Notes under the pieces: model-generated
The model's input: only the letters and a program-made list of their open reading frames with translations
Told to the model about the DNA's origin: nothing
Databases searched by the model: none
Shown: piece after piece, positions 27,448 to 37,046 of the stretch
Position numbering within the stretch: the first letter of the stretch is position 1
How the letters are laid out: each line of letters opens with the position of its first letter
Program-made: the position numbers and the translations under genes
Source of the DNA: an uncultured archaeon
GTDB taxonomy: Archaea > Aenigmatarchaeota > Aenigmatarchaeia > PWEA01 > JAGHBM01
Direction: 5' to 3'
NCBI GenBank assembly: GCA_964640225.1
Contig: CAZXFI010000003.1
Location: forward strand, 3,442 to 67,441
Length of the DNA: 64,000 bases

Positions 27448-27739
27448 CCCCAGTAGCTCAGTCTGGGAGGCCTTTCTTTTCACAAAAGAAAGCACTCGTG
27501 GATTTGGAAATGAAAAATTTCCAAACTTGAAAATGTTATTTTCAAGAAAGAAAATTTAGGTGCAACCTGTGGAAACGGGAAAGGTCTGGATATATAGAGC
27601 GACTGCCTCCTAAGCTTTTGGAGTAAGCAGTAGGTCCCGTGTTCGAAAACAGGCCCCTTTTAGAAAAAGGTTCCTGTACCTCCCAAAATCCGGAAATTCA
27701 AGAATTTCCCAAACGGGGAAAGTCACGGCTGGGGCGCCA
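27447..27739 (+). tRNA. tRNA-Arg (anticodon CCU) interrupted by three introns (D-loop, canonical 37/38, T-loop)
   Basis: Acceptor GCCCCAG/CTGGGGC, discriminator G, encoded CCA. D-stem GCTC/GAGC. Anticodon arm ACTGC-CTCCTA[13-nt intron]A-GCAGT. T-arm CCGTG-TTCGAA..[~75 nt]..CACGG. Inferred exon ends at 27469, 27612 and 27648. Confidence 0.6.
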
Positions 27740-27768
27740 AATTTATTTTAAAGGGGACTAATAATCTT

Positions 27769-28272
27769 ATGGCCTGCAAAAAAAAGTTCTGGAAGATAGA
27801 AAGAATAATGGCCATGCTTTTTGCTGTTTTCATGGTATCATTCCTTTCTTTCGTGGCTTTGGCCCTGATGGAGTTCGTGGACATGAACGAATACGAAGAG
27901 GCCAACGTGGTAAAAATCATAGACACGACAGTAGTTCTGGGAAACAACTGCACCGCTATAGTCGCCCGGACCTCCCAGGAGAGGGCCAGGTCCATAGAGC
28001 TGGGTCTGGAGAAAAGGATTGAAATACGTCCCAACACGCACGACCTTCTGGCCGACACCATGGAAAGCTTCAACATAACCCTAGAGTATGTGACCATGGA
28101 CAGGTTTGAAGACAGCATTTATTACGCGACGCTTCACATGAAGAAGGGTAACGAAAGGCTGAAGCTTGACTCCAAGCCGTCTGATGCTATATCAATAGCT
28201 TTAAGAACCGAAAGCCCGATATACATAAAAAAAGGCCTTTTGGAGGAATACGGCCAGAATATATGCAAATAA
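27769..28272 (+). CDS. Membrane-anchored bifunctional nuclease (BFN/DUF151) domain protein
   Basis: N-terminal TM helix. The C-terminal PSDAISIALRTESPIYIKKGLLEE matches the DUF151 core. Confidence 0.55.
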   Translation: MACKKKFWKIERIMAMLFAVFMVSFLSFVALALMEFVDMNEYEEANVVKIIDTTVVLGNNCTAIVARTSQERARSIELGLEKRIEIRPNTHDLLADTMESFNITLEYVTMDRFEDSIYYATLHMKKGNERLKLDSKPSDAISIALRTESPIYIKKGLLEEYGQNICK

Positions 28273-28305
28273 ATATATTGTTGAAAAATAAAATTATAAC
28301 TTGAG

Positions 28306-31300
28306 GTGTGGTTTGTGGATTCAACTAAATGTTTACCGCTAATTTTCATACTGCTCCTGCCTGCCCTTATTTCAGGCGGCACGATTTGGAGCACCGACTC
28401 GGATTTCAACGCTTCCTCCCCTGTTTACATGAACTTTACGAACTCCTACAACGGGAACACAACCCTTGGCGTAAATTCCACGGGAATCCTGGAAGTGGGA
28501 AACGTCACGAACACGGTGAGGGCCAACTACACCCAGCCGGCCTCGGGCTGGACCTACGGGCAGTCAAGCTACGACTCATCTCTCTGCGGCCTGGGCTCCA
28601 ACAACTTTGATTTCAGGGTAAGGAACGGCACCGGTTGTTATAACGTAACGGAAAACCTTACCGGCACATCATGGGTTGCCCTGGAAAGAATTGAGGACAA
28701 CTGCCCGCCCGGCAGATACTACGGCCTGATTAACATAACCAATTCCACGCTTGCGACTGATTACGCCAACGTCACCGTGGTGATGAACCTTCCCATAAAC
28801 GAGGACAACTCGCTCAACACCACTCTGGGAATCGGCCAGTTCAGGGGAACCATGTCCACCACAACCAAGACCTATCACATTTACTACATAAACACGAGCG
28901 ACGTGGAGAACTCCACGTCTGTTACCGTGAAGAACCTTGCCCCGGACGTCTTCCTTTTTGACCCGAGCGGAAACCTTAAGGCCAAGAACATACTGGGCTC
29001 GGGACAGAGCCTTGTTTACCAGTATCTAACAGGCGAGGCCCTGGGAATAGCTGTCTTTGACAACTCCTCCACCGCGGCCTACTCAGGCCTGGCCCTGTTT
29101 TCAACCCTGAACGCCACAAGTTCCGGACAGCAGGTTTTATTTTTGGACTTCGGCGAAATGAGTGCATCCGAAAAAAACACGACCCAGCTCAGGCTGGAAA
29201 ACGAGGGAGCCCTGACGCTTTCTTCCGTTTCCCAGGGAAGGGAGCTTTACCACACGGATACGCGCCCCGGCAGCGGACCGGAAACCTTCGGCTTCCGCGT
29301 TCCCGATTTCGCTACCGAGGTAAGGGCGGAGCTCAGATGGAACGGAAGCTCCAACTACACCGTCAGGCTGTACAAGCCAGACGGCACATCCGTGTCAAAC
29401 TCCTCCGGCAGTTACATAAATTCAAATATAACCGGCGTGGAACAGGAGGAGTATGCCGAATACTCGGGGATAGTGGGCTTTGCCAACGCCGGCCTGTGGA
29501 CCGTGGAAGTCGTGAACAACACGAACGCCACTAATTCATACGTTCTTGACTTCAAGGTGTGGATGGACCCGGCCGAATGGGTGGACACAAACTACAGCAC
29601 AAAAACTTTCAACTCAACCACCTCTCCGGAAGACGTGGAGTTAAACTTCACGGTTCAGAACTACACACTCAGCGGCCAGTACAACGGCTCCCTGAGCTAC
29701 ACCAGCAGCGCCGGTGCAGTTGTCAGAGTTCCGTTCGGGACGAACGTCACCGCGCCCGAGCTTTTCGCCAACGGCACGTTCAGAAATTCCACGATAACCG
29801 TAAACGAGAACAGGGGATTCAACAGGACCGTAAATTTGAACGTAACCGTCAACAACACAGGCAACCAGGAACTTTCCGTTTCCCATTCCAATTCTTCTTT
29901 CCTGAACCACACAGCAGTCCCGTCCAACTACGTGGAGCTGTCCTACGTCCCGGTGTCTTCAATAGCTTCGGGAGAGTCAGACACGCTGGAGATAACCCTG
30001 ACAATAGACACCACGAAAACAAACAACACGGCCGGAACCTACGAGGGATGGATATACCTGAACGATTCGGACGCCCGTCCCTACACCGGGTTCAACCTTA
30101 CCCTGCAGGTCGTGCTTTCCAATTCCCTCAGCGTGCTCATAACCGACCTGGTAACGGAGGACGGGGACTCGGAAATAACCAGCAGGTCCTCGGACGAGAA
30201 CTTCACCGTGGAGGCAAAGGTTTTCTACGCCAACGGCACCTCAACCGGCGGAAACCTGACAATCTCAAACTTCGGCTCAGTGAGGCTGAGAAACCAGAAC
30301 GTGACCTACTGGATTCCCGATTCCGGATACTTTGACATAGAGGCGCATGACGATGGACTTTGGCAGGGAGGCTTCGGCGAATACTGGATAAACGCCACGT
30401 TTGAAGGGGACACAGACTGGCCCGGCGGCTACTTCAGCGTGTATCTCTCGGCCAACAAGTCTGCCACAGGCGCGACACTTTCCGGAACCAACAGCAGCGG
30501 CACGCTGACTATACCCGGGGAGGGTATGTGGTTCACGGAGCACGAAACCGTGAGCAATTTTGACGAGGTCGGCGAAACGCAGTACTACGTGATAAAGGTC
30601 ATAAATTACGGCACCGAAGACGCTACTTCCCAGATTAACCTGACCCTGACGGGGGGAGACTGCGACGACTACATAATTCTGGACGTGGAGAACGCCACCT
30701 CAGGGTGCGGGAGCGACGACGGAGGGGCGCAGTTTGACATAGACATAGACCCCGGGGACACGTGCTACTTCACCTGGGAAGTGAAAGTCAAGGACTCCAT
30801 CAACACGGATTACGTGGTGGACGAGGAGGACTGCCTGATTTCTGTGAAAACTGACGAGAATAGGTTTACAGTTTTACCGCAGGACTACTTTGACGTATAC
30901 ATATCCGAGGGAAGCTCTGGCGGGAGCGACGACGATGACGACGACGAAAACGAGGACATAGACATAACCGAGTATCCCTCATCCCTGACCATCACCCAGA
31001 ACGAGACCGATGTTTTTGAAATAACCGTGGAGAACGACGGGGACACGGACGAGAACAACATAGAACTTACCATCACGGGTATACCCTCAAGCTGGTACTC
31101 TTTCAGCCCGTCAAACCTTGACCTTGACTCCGGGGACGAGGACGAGTTTGACGTGACGCTGGAAGTTCCGGAGGACGGGGAAGTCAAGAGCTATTCGCTC
31201 ACCTTCAAGGCAGACAACGGCGATGTCTCGGATTCCAAGTCCTCCACGCTGAAAGTCCTTCCGTGCGAGGAGGGGAAGGAAAGTATAAACCTTACTTACA

Positions 31301-31788
31301 CCGGTTATATGGAAAACTACACCCGGCTTTTGGATAGAATGAGAAACATGAGCTTGGAGGGAAAGAACGTAACGGAACTCAACTCCACCATGCAGGACAT
31401 CAAGTCAAAGCTGGACGCCATGCTGGGCTACATGGAAGACGATGATTATTTCAACGCGGCCCAGATTATTGATGACATAGAATCGCTTTTCACGGCGGCC
31501 GAGGCGCAGGCCTATGAGGAAGCAGGGGAAGAAACCGTTGATATAATACAGGAGGCAACCAGCTACGTGTGGCTTGTTATAGGCGTTGTGATAATAATAA
31601 TAGCAGGCTTCCTCGTATACATGTTCATGCCGCCACCCAAGGACTCCCACAAGGTAAAAAAATTCAAATACGCTCCTCCGGGCAAGGGCGACACGCTTGG
31701 CAAAAAAATAGACAAGCAGATAAGGAGGTTGAAGACAAAGCTGAGCGACTCTAAAAAGAAGGAAGGATTTAGATGGAAGAAAAAATAA
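28306..31788 (+). CDS. Giant (1160 aa) secreted cell-surface glycoprotein, S-layer protein candidate
   Basis: Signal peptide. Dozens of N-x-S/T sequons. An acidic DDDDDDENED stretch. C-terminal TM anchor with a basic tail. Confidence 0.6.
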   Translation: MWFVDSTKCLPLIFILLLPALISGGTIWSTDSDFNASSPVYMNFTNSYNGNTTLGVNSTGILEVGNVTNTVRANYTQPASGWTYGQSSYDSSLCGLGSNNFDFRVRNGTGCYNVTENLTGTSWVALERIEDNCPPGRYYGLINITNSTLATDYANVTVVMNLPINEDNSLNTTLGIGQFRGTMSTTTKTYHIYYINTSDVENSTSVTVKNLAPDVFLFDPSGNLKAKNILGSGQSLVYQYLTGEALGIAVFDNSSTAAYSGLALFSTLNATSSGQQVLFLDFGEMSASEKNTTQLRLENEGALTLSSVSQGRELYHTDTRPGSGPETFGFRVPDFATEVRAELRWNGSSNYTVRLYKPDGTSVSNSSGSYINSNITGVEQEEYAEYSGIVGFANAGLWTVEVVNNTNATNSYVLDFKVWMDPAEWVDTNYSTKTFNSTTSPEDVELNFTVQNYTLSGQYNGSLSYTSSAGAVVRVPFGTNVTAPELFANGTFRNSTITVNENRGFNRTVNLNVTVNNTGNQELSVSHSNSSFLNHTAVPSNYVELSYVPVSSIASGESDTLEITLTIDTTKTNNTAGTYEGWIYLNDSDARPYTGFNLTLQVVLSNSLSVLITDLVTEDGDSEITSRSSDENFTVEAKVFYANGTSTGGNLTISNFGSVRLRNQNVTYWIPDSGYFDIEAHDDGLWQGGFGEYWINATFEGDTDWPGGYFSVYLSANKSATGATLSGTNSSGTLTIPGEGMWFTEHETVSNFDEVGETQYYVIKVINYGTEDATSQINLTLTGGDCDDYIILDVENATSGCGSDDGGAQFDIDIDPGDTCYFTWEVKVKDSINTDYVVDEEDCLISVKTDENRFTVLPQDYFDVYISEGSSGGSDDDDDDENEDIDITEYPSSLTITQNETDVFEITVENDGDTDENNIELTITGIPSSWYSFSPSNLDLDSGDEDEFDVTLEVPEDGEVKSYSLTFKADNGDVSDSKSSTLKVLPCEEGKESINLTYTGYMENYTRLLDRMRNMSLEGKNVTELNSTMQDIKSKLDAMLGYMEDDDYFNAAQIIDDIESLFTAAEAQAYEEAGEETVDIIQEATSYVWLVIGVVIIIIAGFLVYMFMPPPKDSHKVKKFKYAPPGKGDTLGKKIDKQIRRLKTKLSDSKKKEGFRWKKK

Positions 31789-32663
31789 AAATAATGTCAA
31801 TAATAGGGACGCTGATAGGAATTCTGATAACCGTTTCCTTTGTTCTTTTCAGGACGTTTGCCATATCCACCGAGTCCGTTATGATTTATCCGATGGTTTT
31901 CTTCAACGATTTTATTTCAACGAGTGCGTCCGCCGGATCCTCCGAGGCCATGATTTCCTCCATTCTCAGTCCGCTGACCTTTATAGCACCCTTCATACCC
32001 CTCGCGCTTGGTTTTTCGGTCCTGATATTCTACGGAATAAAATACGGCGAAGACAGGAAATTCGGGCTTGTTGTCACACTTGTGCCCTCGCTAATCGGGA
32101 TAGTCCTTCTGGGCCCCTCGCTGACTTCCGTTTTGTTTGCTCTGGCCCTGGCGGTGTCCGGAGTCCTTTGCACCCCGATAGCCGTAATGTACCTCAAGGA
32201 GCTGAAAAAGTTCAGGAGATACAGGATAGGTTCAAGAACAATGGGCAAGCTTTTCTTTTTCATCAATCTGGTGCTTTTTTTCGCGCTTCTTATTAACGTG
32301 ACTTACGGCGCGGATAACTATAACCAAATTTACTCGGAAGAAATGAAAGGCTTTATAATGGAGATGCTGCCTGACGTGGATACGGGAGACATGCCGGAAA
32401 TTGAGGGGTTTGACCTGCTTCCGCCAGAACAGCAGCAGGAGATAATGGAGCAGTATTCAGAGTTAACGGAGTCGCAGAAAGAGATGGTTGAGTCAAGAAT
32501 GGAAAGCATGGTGGAGTCCGAAAACATCTCAGCCATGATAAGCCTTCTTGTTTTCATAACCCCTATGATGGTTTTTGCGGTTCTTGAGATGCTAAGGATA
32601 GTTTTGCTGTCCCCCCTGGCAGGGTTCGCCTCAAGCGTTTCCCTGCCCGAGCTGAAAAATTAG
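31773..32663 (+). CDS. Polytopic membrane protein, hypothetical
   Basis: Several TM helices and an acidic coiled segment. Overlaps the upstream gene's end. Confidence 0.4.
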   Translation: MEEKIKIMSIIGTLIGILITVSFVLFRTFAISTESVMIYPMVFFNDFISTSASAGSSEAMISSILSPLTFIAPFIPLALGFSVLIFYGIKYGEDRKFGLVVTLVPSLIGIVLLGPSLTSVLFALALAVSGVLCTPIAVMYLKELKKFRRYRIGSRTMGKLFFFINLVLFFALLINVTYGADNYNQIYSEEMKGFIMEMLPDVDTGDMPEIEGFDLLPPEQQQEIMEQYSELTESQKEMVESRMESMVESENISAMISLLVFITPMMVFAVLEMLRIVLLSPLAGFASSVSLPELKN

Positions 32664-32989
32664 ACAATCTTGTCCACAAGGCCTTTCTTCCTTATGTACT
32701 TGCAGATGCAGCATATTTCATCCGTTGCTTCGTGGAATGTTATTTCGTTTTTCGCAAGGGACCTGGAAATATCAGATATATTCCTGTTTACTTCGGAATC
32801 CTCCTCAAGAGCCTTCGCCCTGTAGCCCCTTGTGTGCTTCTTGTACTGGGAAACCGCGGGCTGCGTCATGCCGAGCTTTTTGGCGGCCTCCTCCTGGGTC
32901 ATCTTGTGGACCTCTATAAGGTCCCGGGCCACGAGTGCCCTCAAGGCCGGAACAACATAAAGGCTCATTATCTCGCACACGGGTTTCAT
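32660..32989 (-). CDS. HTH transcriptional regulator with a C-terminal Cys cluster
   Basis: HTH motif MTQEEAAKKLGMTQPAVSQY. Confidence 0.5.
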   Translation of the reverse strand: MKPVCEIMSLYVVPALRALVARDLIEVHKMTQEEAAKKLGMTQPAVSQYKKHTRGYRAKALEEDSEVNRNISDISRSLAKNEITFHEATDEICCICKYIRKKGLVDKIV

Positions 32990-33099
32990 GAAATCTCCAA
33001 ATACAATTGCCCGGTGAAATATTTAAATATAACATTGTTATAAAATACTCGGGCTTTGCTCCGAAGTAATTTTTTTGACAACTTTAGGAGCAAAGCCAA

Positions 33100-34305
33100 T
33101 TATTCGTACCTCAGAGCATCCACTGGGTCAAGCAAAGAGGCCCTCCTGGCCGGGTAAGCTCCGGATAGCATGCCGACCGCCATGGAAAACACAAGCGAGC
33201 CGCCGAACAGCTCCGGGGAGAAGAAAACCTTCACGGGTATTCCCACCATACTGGCCGCAAACTGGGCAACCACGTAAGAGCCCGTGAATCCAAGGGCAAA
33301 CCCTATCATCCCCCCCAGAAGCCCGACGACCGCGGCCTCGCCGAGGAAAAGGAGAAGTATTGTCTTGTTAGTGGCTCCGGTGGCCTTCATAACCCCGATT
33401 TCCTTCGTTCTTTCCATCACGGTCATTAGCATTATGTTCATTATTCCTATTCCGCCCACGAGAAGCGATATGGCGGCTATCCCTATGAAAACGTACTGTA
33501 GAATACCTATAATTCTGTTAACCATATCCAGAAGGTCCCCGAAGGTCTGAATTTTGAAATCCTCGGCGTTCCTGTGGTCTTCCAGTTCGTCTTTTAACTT
33601 GTCCGATATCTTGTCAATGTCAAGGTCGTCCCTGACGTCAACGAATATCATGGAAAATTCGTCCGTGTTGTTGAAAACATCCTTGGCCGCATCAAGGGGG
33701 ATCATTATTGACATGTCGTCCATCGGATTCCCTATTTTCTTAAGCAACCCGACCACCCTGAAGTTTTTGCCGTTGATTTTTACCTTGTCCCTTACCCTTA
33801 CTTCGTCTTCAAAAAGGTCGGTTTTAGCCATGTAACCGAAAATTGCCGCATACCTGTCGTTGCTTTTGAGGTCTCTCCCTTCTTCAATCTCGTAGCCCTG
33901 CATGTCGGAGAAAAGGTCTCCCGCAATGTCCACATCCATCCCGTATATAATATTATAAGCGCTTTCCCTCCCGAACTCCAGCTCCGCGGTCTTGCTGATG
34001 ATACCGAAGGCGGTTTCCACGCCGTTCACCCTTTCCACCACCTTCAGGTCGCTTTCCGTCAGGCTATCAGTTCCCAGAGCGCTTCCCGAAAGGCCTATAG
34101 AAGTGGGCGGTCCGGGTGTTATTATTATCTTGTCCGTTCCTATCTGCTCAAACTGCTCGGTTATTGTGTTTTCAAGGGAGTCCCCTATTGTTATCATGGA
34201 AGTTATAGCGCCTATGCCAATCACTATACCGAGAAGCGTCAGGGCGGTCCTGAGCTTCTGGTAAGACAGATTCCTGTATATAATCTTCCATATACCCAGC
34301 ATCAT
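33100..34305 (-). CDS. ABC transporter permease, MacB/FtsX family
   Basis: N-terminal TM helix, MacB periplasmic domain, C-terminal FtsX 3-TM block. Confidence 0.8.
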   Translation of the reverse strand: MMLGIWKIIYRNLSYQKLRTALTLLGIVIGIGAITSMITIGDSLENTITEQFEQIGTDKIIITPGPPTSIGLSGSALGTDSLTESDLKVVERVNGVETAFGIISKTAELEFGRESAYNIIYGMDVDIAGDLFSDMQGYEIEEGRDLKSNDRYAAIFGYMAKTDLFEDEVRVRDKVKINGKNFRVVGLLKKIGNPMDDMSIMIPLDAAKDVFNNTDEFSMIFVDVRDDLDIDKISDKLKDELEDHRNAEDFKIQTFGDLLDMVNRIIGILQYVFIGIAAISLLVGGIGIMNIMLMTVMERTKEIGVMKATGATNKTILLLFLGEAAVVGLLGGMIGFALGFTGSYVVAQFAASMVGIPVKVFFSPELFGGSLVFSMAVGMLSGAYPARRASLLDPVDALRYE

Positions 34306-34308
34306 GGT

Positions 34309-35241
34309 TCACTTTTTCTTCCTGTTTTTGAGAAAAGAAACAAGCTTTTTCACCGGCGGGACCAGGAAGTACTTGATTGCCACAAGGGCCACTATTACGT
34401 AGACAAGGTACTGCCACCACGGAGTTTCTGTCTGCATTTCTTCCATTACTTCCTCCTGAGAATAAACCCTGATATAGACAGTGTCCTCCGTCTCGTACTT
34501 CCTGTCATCCTCGTCCTTGTAGTAGGATTTTATCTTGACGGGATACTTTCCGGGCTCCGCGTTTTCCCCGATTTCCAGGTCAAAGTCTATCGTATCCGAA
34601 TCGTCCGCGTCCATTGTGCCGATAAATATCTCGCTGACCTCAATATCGGCTATCTCAGTTTCGGCCTCTATTATCGTATAGTAAGCCGTGCCGGATGCTA
34701 TGTTGGCAAGGTTTATAGAGAGGGTGGCTTCCCCGCCTGGGTAGGCCTTGGGTTCCGATGATATGTAAAAGGCCTTCAGTTCCGCCTTGCTTGCCGGTTT
34801 TGTTACATAAACTTCCATGTCCTTTTCCAGGCTTGCCCCCCCGTTTATGCTGTATTTTATTTTCAGGTTTTCCCATCCTTCCATTACATCCTTGTCAACC
34901 TTGAGCTTGTACTGGAGTATTACCGTGTAAAGTCCCGGTATTTTTGAAAACGACCTTTTGGCCGTTTCGTCGGGATGCAATGAAAACGGATACCCGGTTT
35001 TCAGTTCAAACGCCACGTTTTTTGCCTCCTCAAGCCCCCTGTTGTATACCTGTATCCACAGCGTCACGTATTCCCCGGGCTCGGCCGGGTAAGGCTCGTA
35101 CTTGAGCTCCACGAGGTTCAGAGAAGCGAAAGGAACCGTTGTATAATCCTCCCCGAGCAAACTTGAAAGGTCCTGTCCAAGAGACATACTCGGAATTAGA
35201 ATAAGAAACAAGCTGAATGCAGCGAAAAATTTCATTTTCAT
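34309..35241 (-). CDS. Secreted beta-sandwich (CARDB/DUF11-like) protein with a C-terminal TM anchor
   Basis: Signal peptide, repeated beta-rich segments, a TM helix before a basic C-terminus. Co-operonic with the ABC genes. Confidence 0.4.
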   Translation of the reverse strand: MKMKFFAAFSLFLILIPSMSLGQDLSSLLGEDYTTVPFASLNLVELKYEPYPAEPGEYVTLWIQVYNRGLEEAKNVAFELKTGYPFSLHPDETAKRSFSKIPGLYTVILQYKLKVDKDVMEGWENLKIKYSINGGASLEKDMEVYVTKPASKAELKAFYISSEPKAYPGGEATLSINLANIASGTAYYTIIEAETEIADIEVSEIFIGTMDADDSDTIDFDLEIGENAEPGKYPVKIKSYYKDEDDRKYETEDTVYIRVYSQEEVMEEMQTETPWWQYLVYVIVALVAIKYFLVPPVKKLVSFLKNRKKK

Positions 35242-35927
35242 TTATCACACCCCTCCATTTTTTCTATCCTGCCGTCTTTCAGGCAGATTCTTTTTTTGGT
35301 CCTTTTGGCAATTTCCATGTCATGCGTCACCAAAATAACCGTCCTACCTTGTTTATAAAGCGTTTCAAATATATTTAAGATTTCCTTTCCTGTCTTGGAA
35401 TCCAGATTTCCCGTGGGCTCGTCGCCCACGACCACCGACGGGTCGTTTGCCAGGGACCTGGCTATTGCAACCCTCTGCCTTTCCCCACCGGATATTTCGG
35501 AAGGCCGGTGGGTTATTCTCTTTTCCAGCCCCACCATCTCAAGGAGTTTCTTCGCCCTTTCGTTCCTTTCCTCCTCGCTTTTGCCCATGAACCACATCGG
35601 CAGCGTGACGTTTTCCAGCGCGGTCAGTCTCTGGATGAGATTGAAAGTCTGGAACACGAAGCCTATCTTCTGGCCCCTTATTACAGCCAGCTCGTTGTCA
35701 TCCATTTTTGCTATGTCCTTTCCTTCAATCAAAACCTTTCCCTCGCTGGGCCTGCTGAGGCAGCACATGACGTTCAGCAGGGTGGACTTGCCGGAGCCGC
35801 TTGCCCCGATTACCGACACAAACTCGTTGCGGTTTATATTAAAGCTTATTCCATCAAGCGCCCTTACCTCCACGCTTCCCATGTGGTATATTTTCTTGAC
35901 GTTTTTCAGTTCAATTATGGGTTTCAT
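35238..35927 (-). CDS. ABC transporter ATP-binding protein (MacB/LolD-like)
   Basis: Walker A GASGSGKST, signature LSGGERQR, Walker B VVVGDEPT. Start trimmed to MKPIIELKNVKK. Confidence 0.85.
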   Translation of the reverse strand: MKPIIELKNVKKIYHMGSVEVRALDGISFNINRNEFVSVIGASGSGKSTLLNVMCCLSRPSEGKVLIEGKDIAKMDDNELAVIRGQKIGFVFQTFNLIQRLTALENVTLPMWFMGKSEEERNERAKKLLEMVGLEKRITHRPSEISGGERQRVAIARSLANDPSVVVGDEPTGNLDSKTGKEILNIFETLYKQGRTVILVTHDMEIAKRTKKRICLKDGRIEKMEGCDK

Positions 35928-36405
35928 TTTTCCTTGCCTCCATTTCGGCCCTTTCAACCATTCCGATCATTTTTTCCGTTATTTTCTCCATCACAATCAA
36001 TTGCTTATAGTAGTTCTCCAATATATTTAATTCCCCCCTCGGGCTACTCTCTTTCTTGTATCTTTCCATTATGCCCGGCACCCGGTCTTTCATAATAAGT
36101 ATTATTTTCCGGGTTCTTTCCCCGAATATTTTCAGGAAGCTACCTATCATGTCCTTCTCCATGTAAAAGTAAACCTTCCTTGAGCCGGGTTTTTTCACCC
36201 TTTTAACGAACTCGGAGCCCGCGAGAAACTTCATTGAGGTGCTTACCGCGGAAAGGCTGTATCCGGTCCGTTCCGCAAGCTCTTCAAGGGACACCTCCCG
36301 CGGTTCGGCGTAAAGTATGCCTATTATTCTTGAAGAAAGCTCGTCCATTCCCTTGATTCTGTTTATTTCACACAAAAGCTCTATGAACTCCTCCTTGGGC
36401 TTCAT
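35911..36405 (-). CDS. Winged-helix transcriptional regulator (MarR/GbsR-like)
   Basis: wHTH segment SLEELAERTGYSLSAVSTSMKFL. Confidence 0.5.
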   Translation of the reverse strand: MKPKEEFIELLCEINRIKGMDELSSRIIGILYAEPREVSLEELAERTGYSLSAVSTSMKFLAGSEFVKRVKKPGSRKVYFYMEKDMIGSFLKIFGERTRKIILIMKDRVPGIMERYKKESSPRGELNILENYYKQLIVMEKITEKMIGMVERAEMEARKNETHN

Positions 36406-36488
36406 TGACGCACCAAATTTCTCAACTTTCAGTATATTATGAAATACGTGAAAATAATATTTAAAGCTTTTACAGAAGATATTAAATC

Positions 36489-37046
36489 ATGAGGCTGGGA
36501 AGGAAATTCTATTCAAGAAGAACGGACAGGGTGGCCAGGGATTTGCTCGGGTGCGTTCTTGTCCACAGGCTGAAAGGCACGAAGCTTTCGGGAAAAATCG
36601 TGGAGACAGAGGCCTACTTCGGCCGCGGCGACCCGGGCAGCCATGCCTCAAGAAAAAGAACACCTAGGAACAGCATAATGTTCGGCAAGCCCGGGTTCGC
36701 TTACGTTTACTTTGTTTACGGCAACCATTACTGCCTCAATTTCGTGACAGAAAAGGAAGGCACGGCAGGCGCGGTTCTGATAAGGGCTCTGGAACCCCTT
36801 GAGGGAACGGAAGAGATGGCAAGGAGAAGAAAGGGAAAAAACCTTACGGGCGGTCCGGGAAGGCTTACCCAGGCGCTCGGGATAACCAAGGAGCACAACG
36901 GGCTTGACCTAACTGGAAATGAGCTTTTTGTTCTCCGGGGCTCGAGGCCGGCCCGGATAGCCAGGGCAACCAGGGTGGGCCTGAGGCACGGGAAGGAGCT
37001 TGAATTAAGATTTTATATCAGGGGCAACAAATTTGTATCTGTATGA
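36489..37046 (+). CDS. mpg: DNA-3-methyladenine glycosylase (AAG/Mpg family)
   Basis: IVETEAY, GxxxxHASRxxTxRN and MFGxPGxxYVY motifs. Confidence 0.8.
   Translation: MRLGRKFYSRRTDRVARDLLGCVLVHRLKGTKLSGKIVETEAYFGRGDPGSHASRKRTPRNSIMFGKPGFAYVYFVYGNHYCLNFVTEKEGTAGAVLIRALEPLEGTEEMARRRKGKNLTGGPGRLTQALGITKEHNGLDLTGNELFVLRGSRPARIARATRVGLRHGKELELRFYIRGNKFVSV

Noticed and set aside
27447-27739. tRNA on the minus strand (TTCGAA is palindromic) or a tRNA pseudogene
   Set aside because: Only the plus strand gives a canonical acceptor/D-arm with GG in the D-loop, matching stems throughout and an encoded CCA. All helices are intact after removal of three inserts.
29559-30335. 258-aa R/Q/H-rich ORF (+) inside the giant surface-protein gene
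   Set aside because: Alternative frame of a GC-rich stretch of the 1160-aa CDS. Composition is non-protein-like.
30885-31187. Ser-rich antisense ORF opposite the poly-Asp/acidic region of the surface-protein gene
   Set aside because: Complement of GAC/GAG-rich coding repeats. Low complexity.
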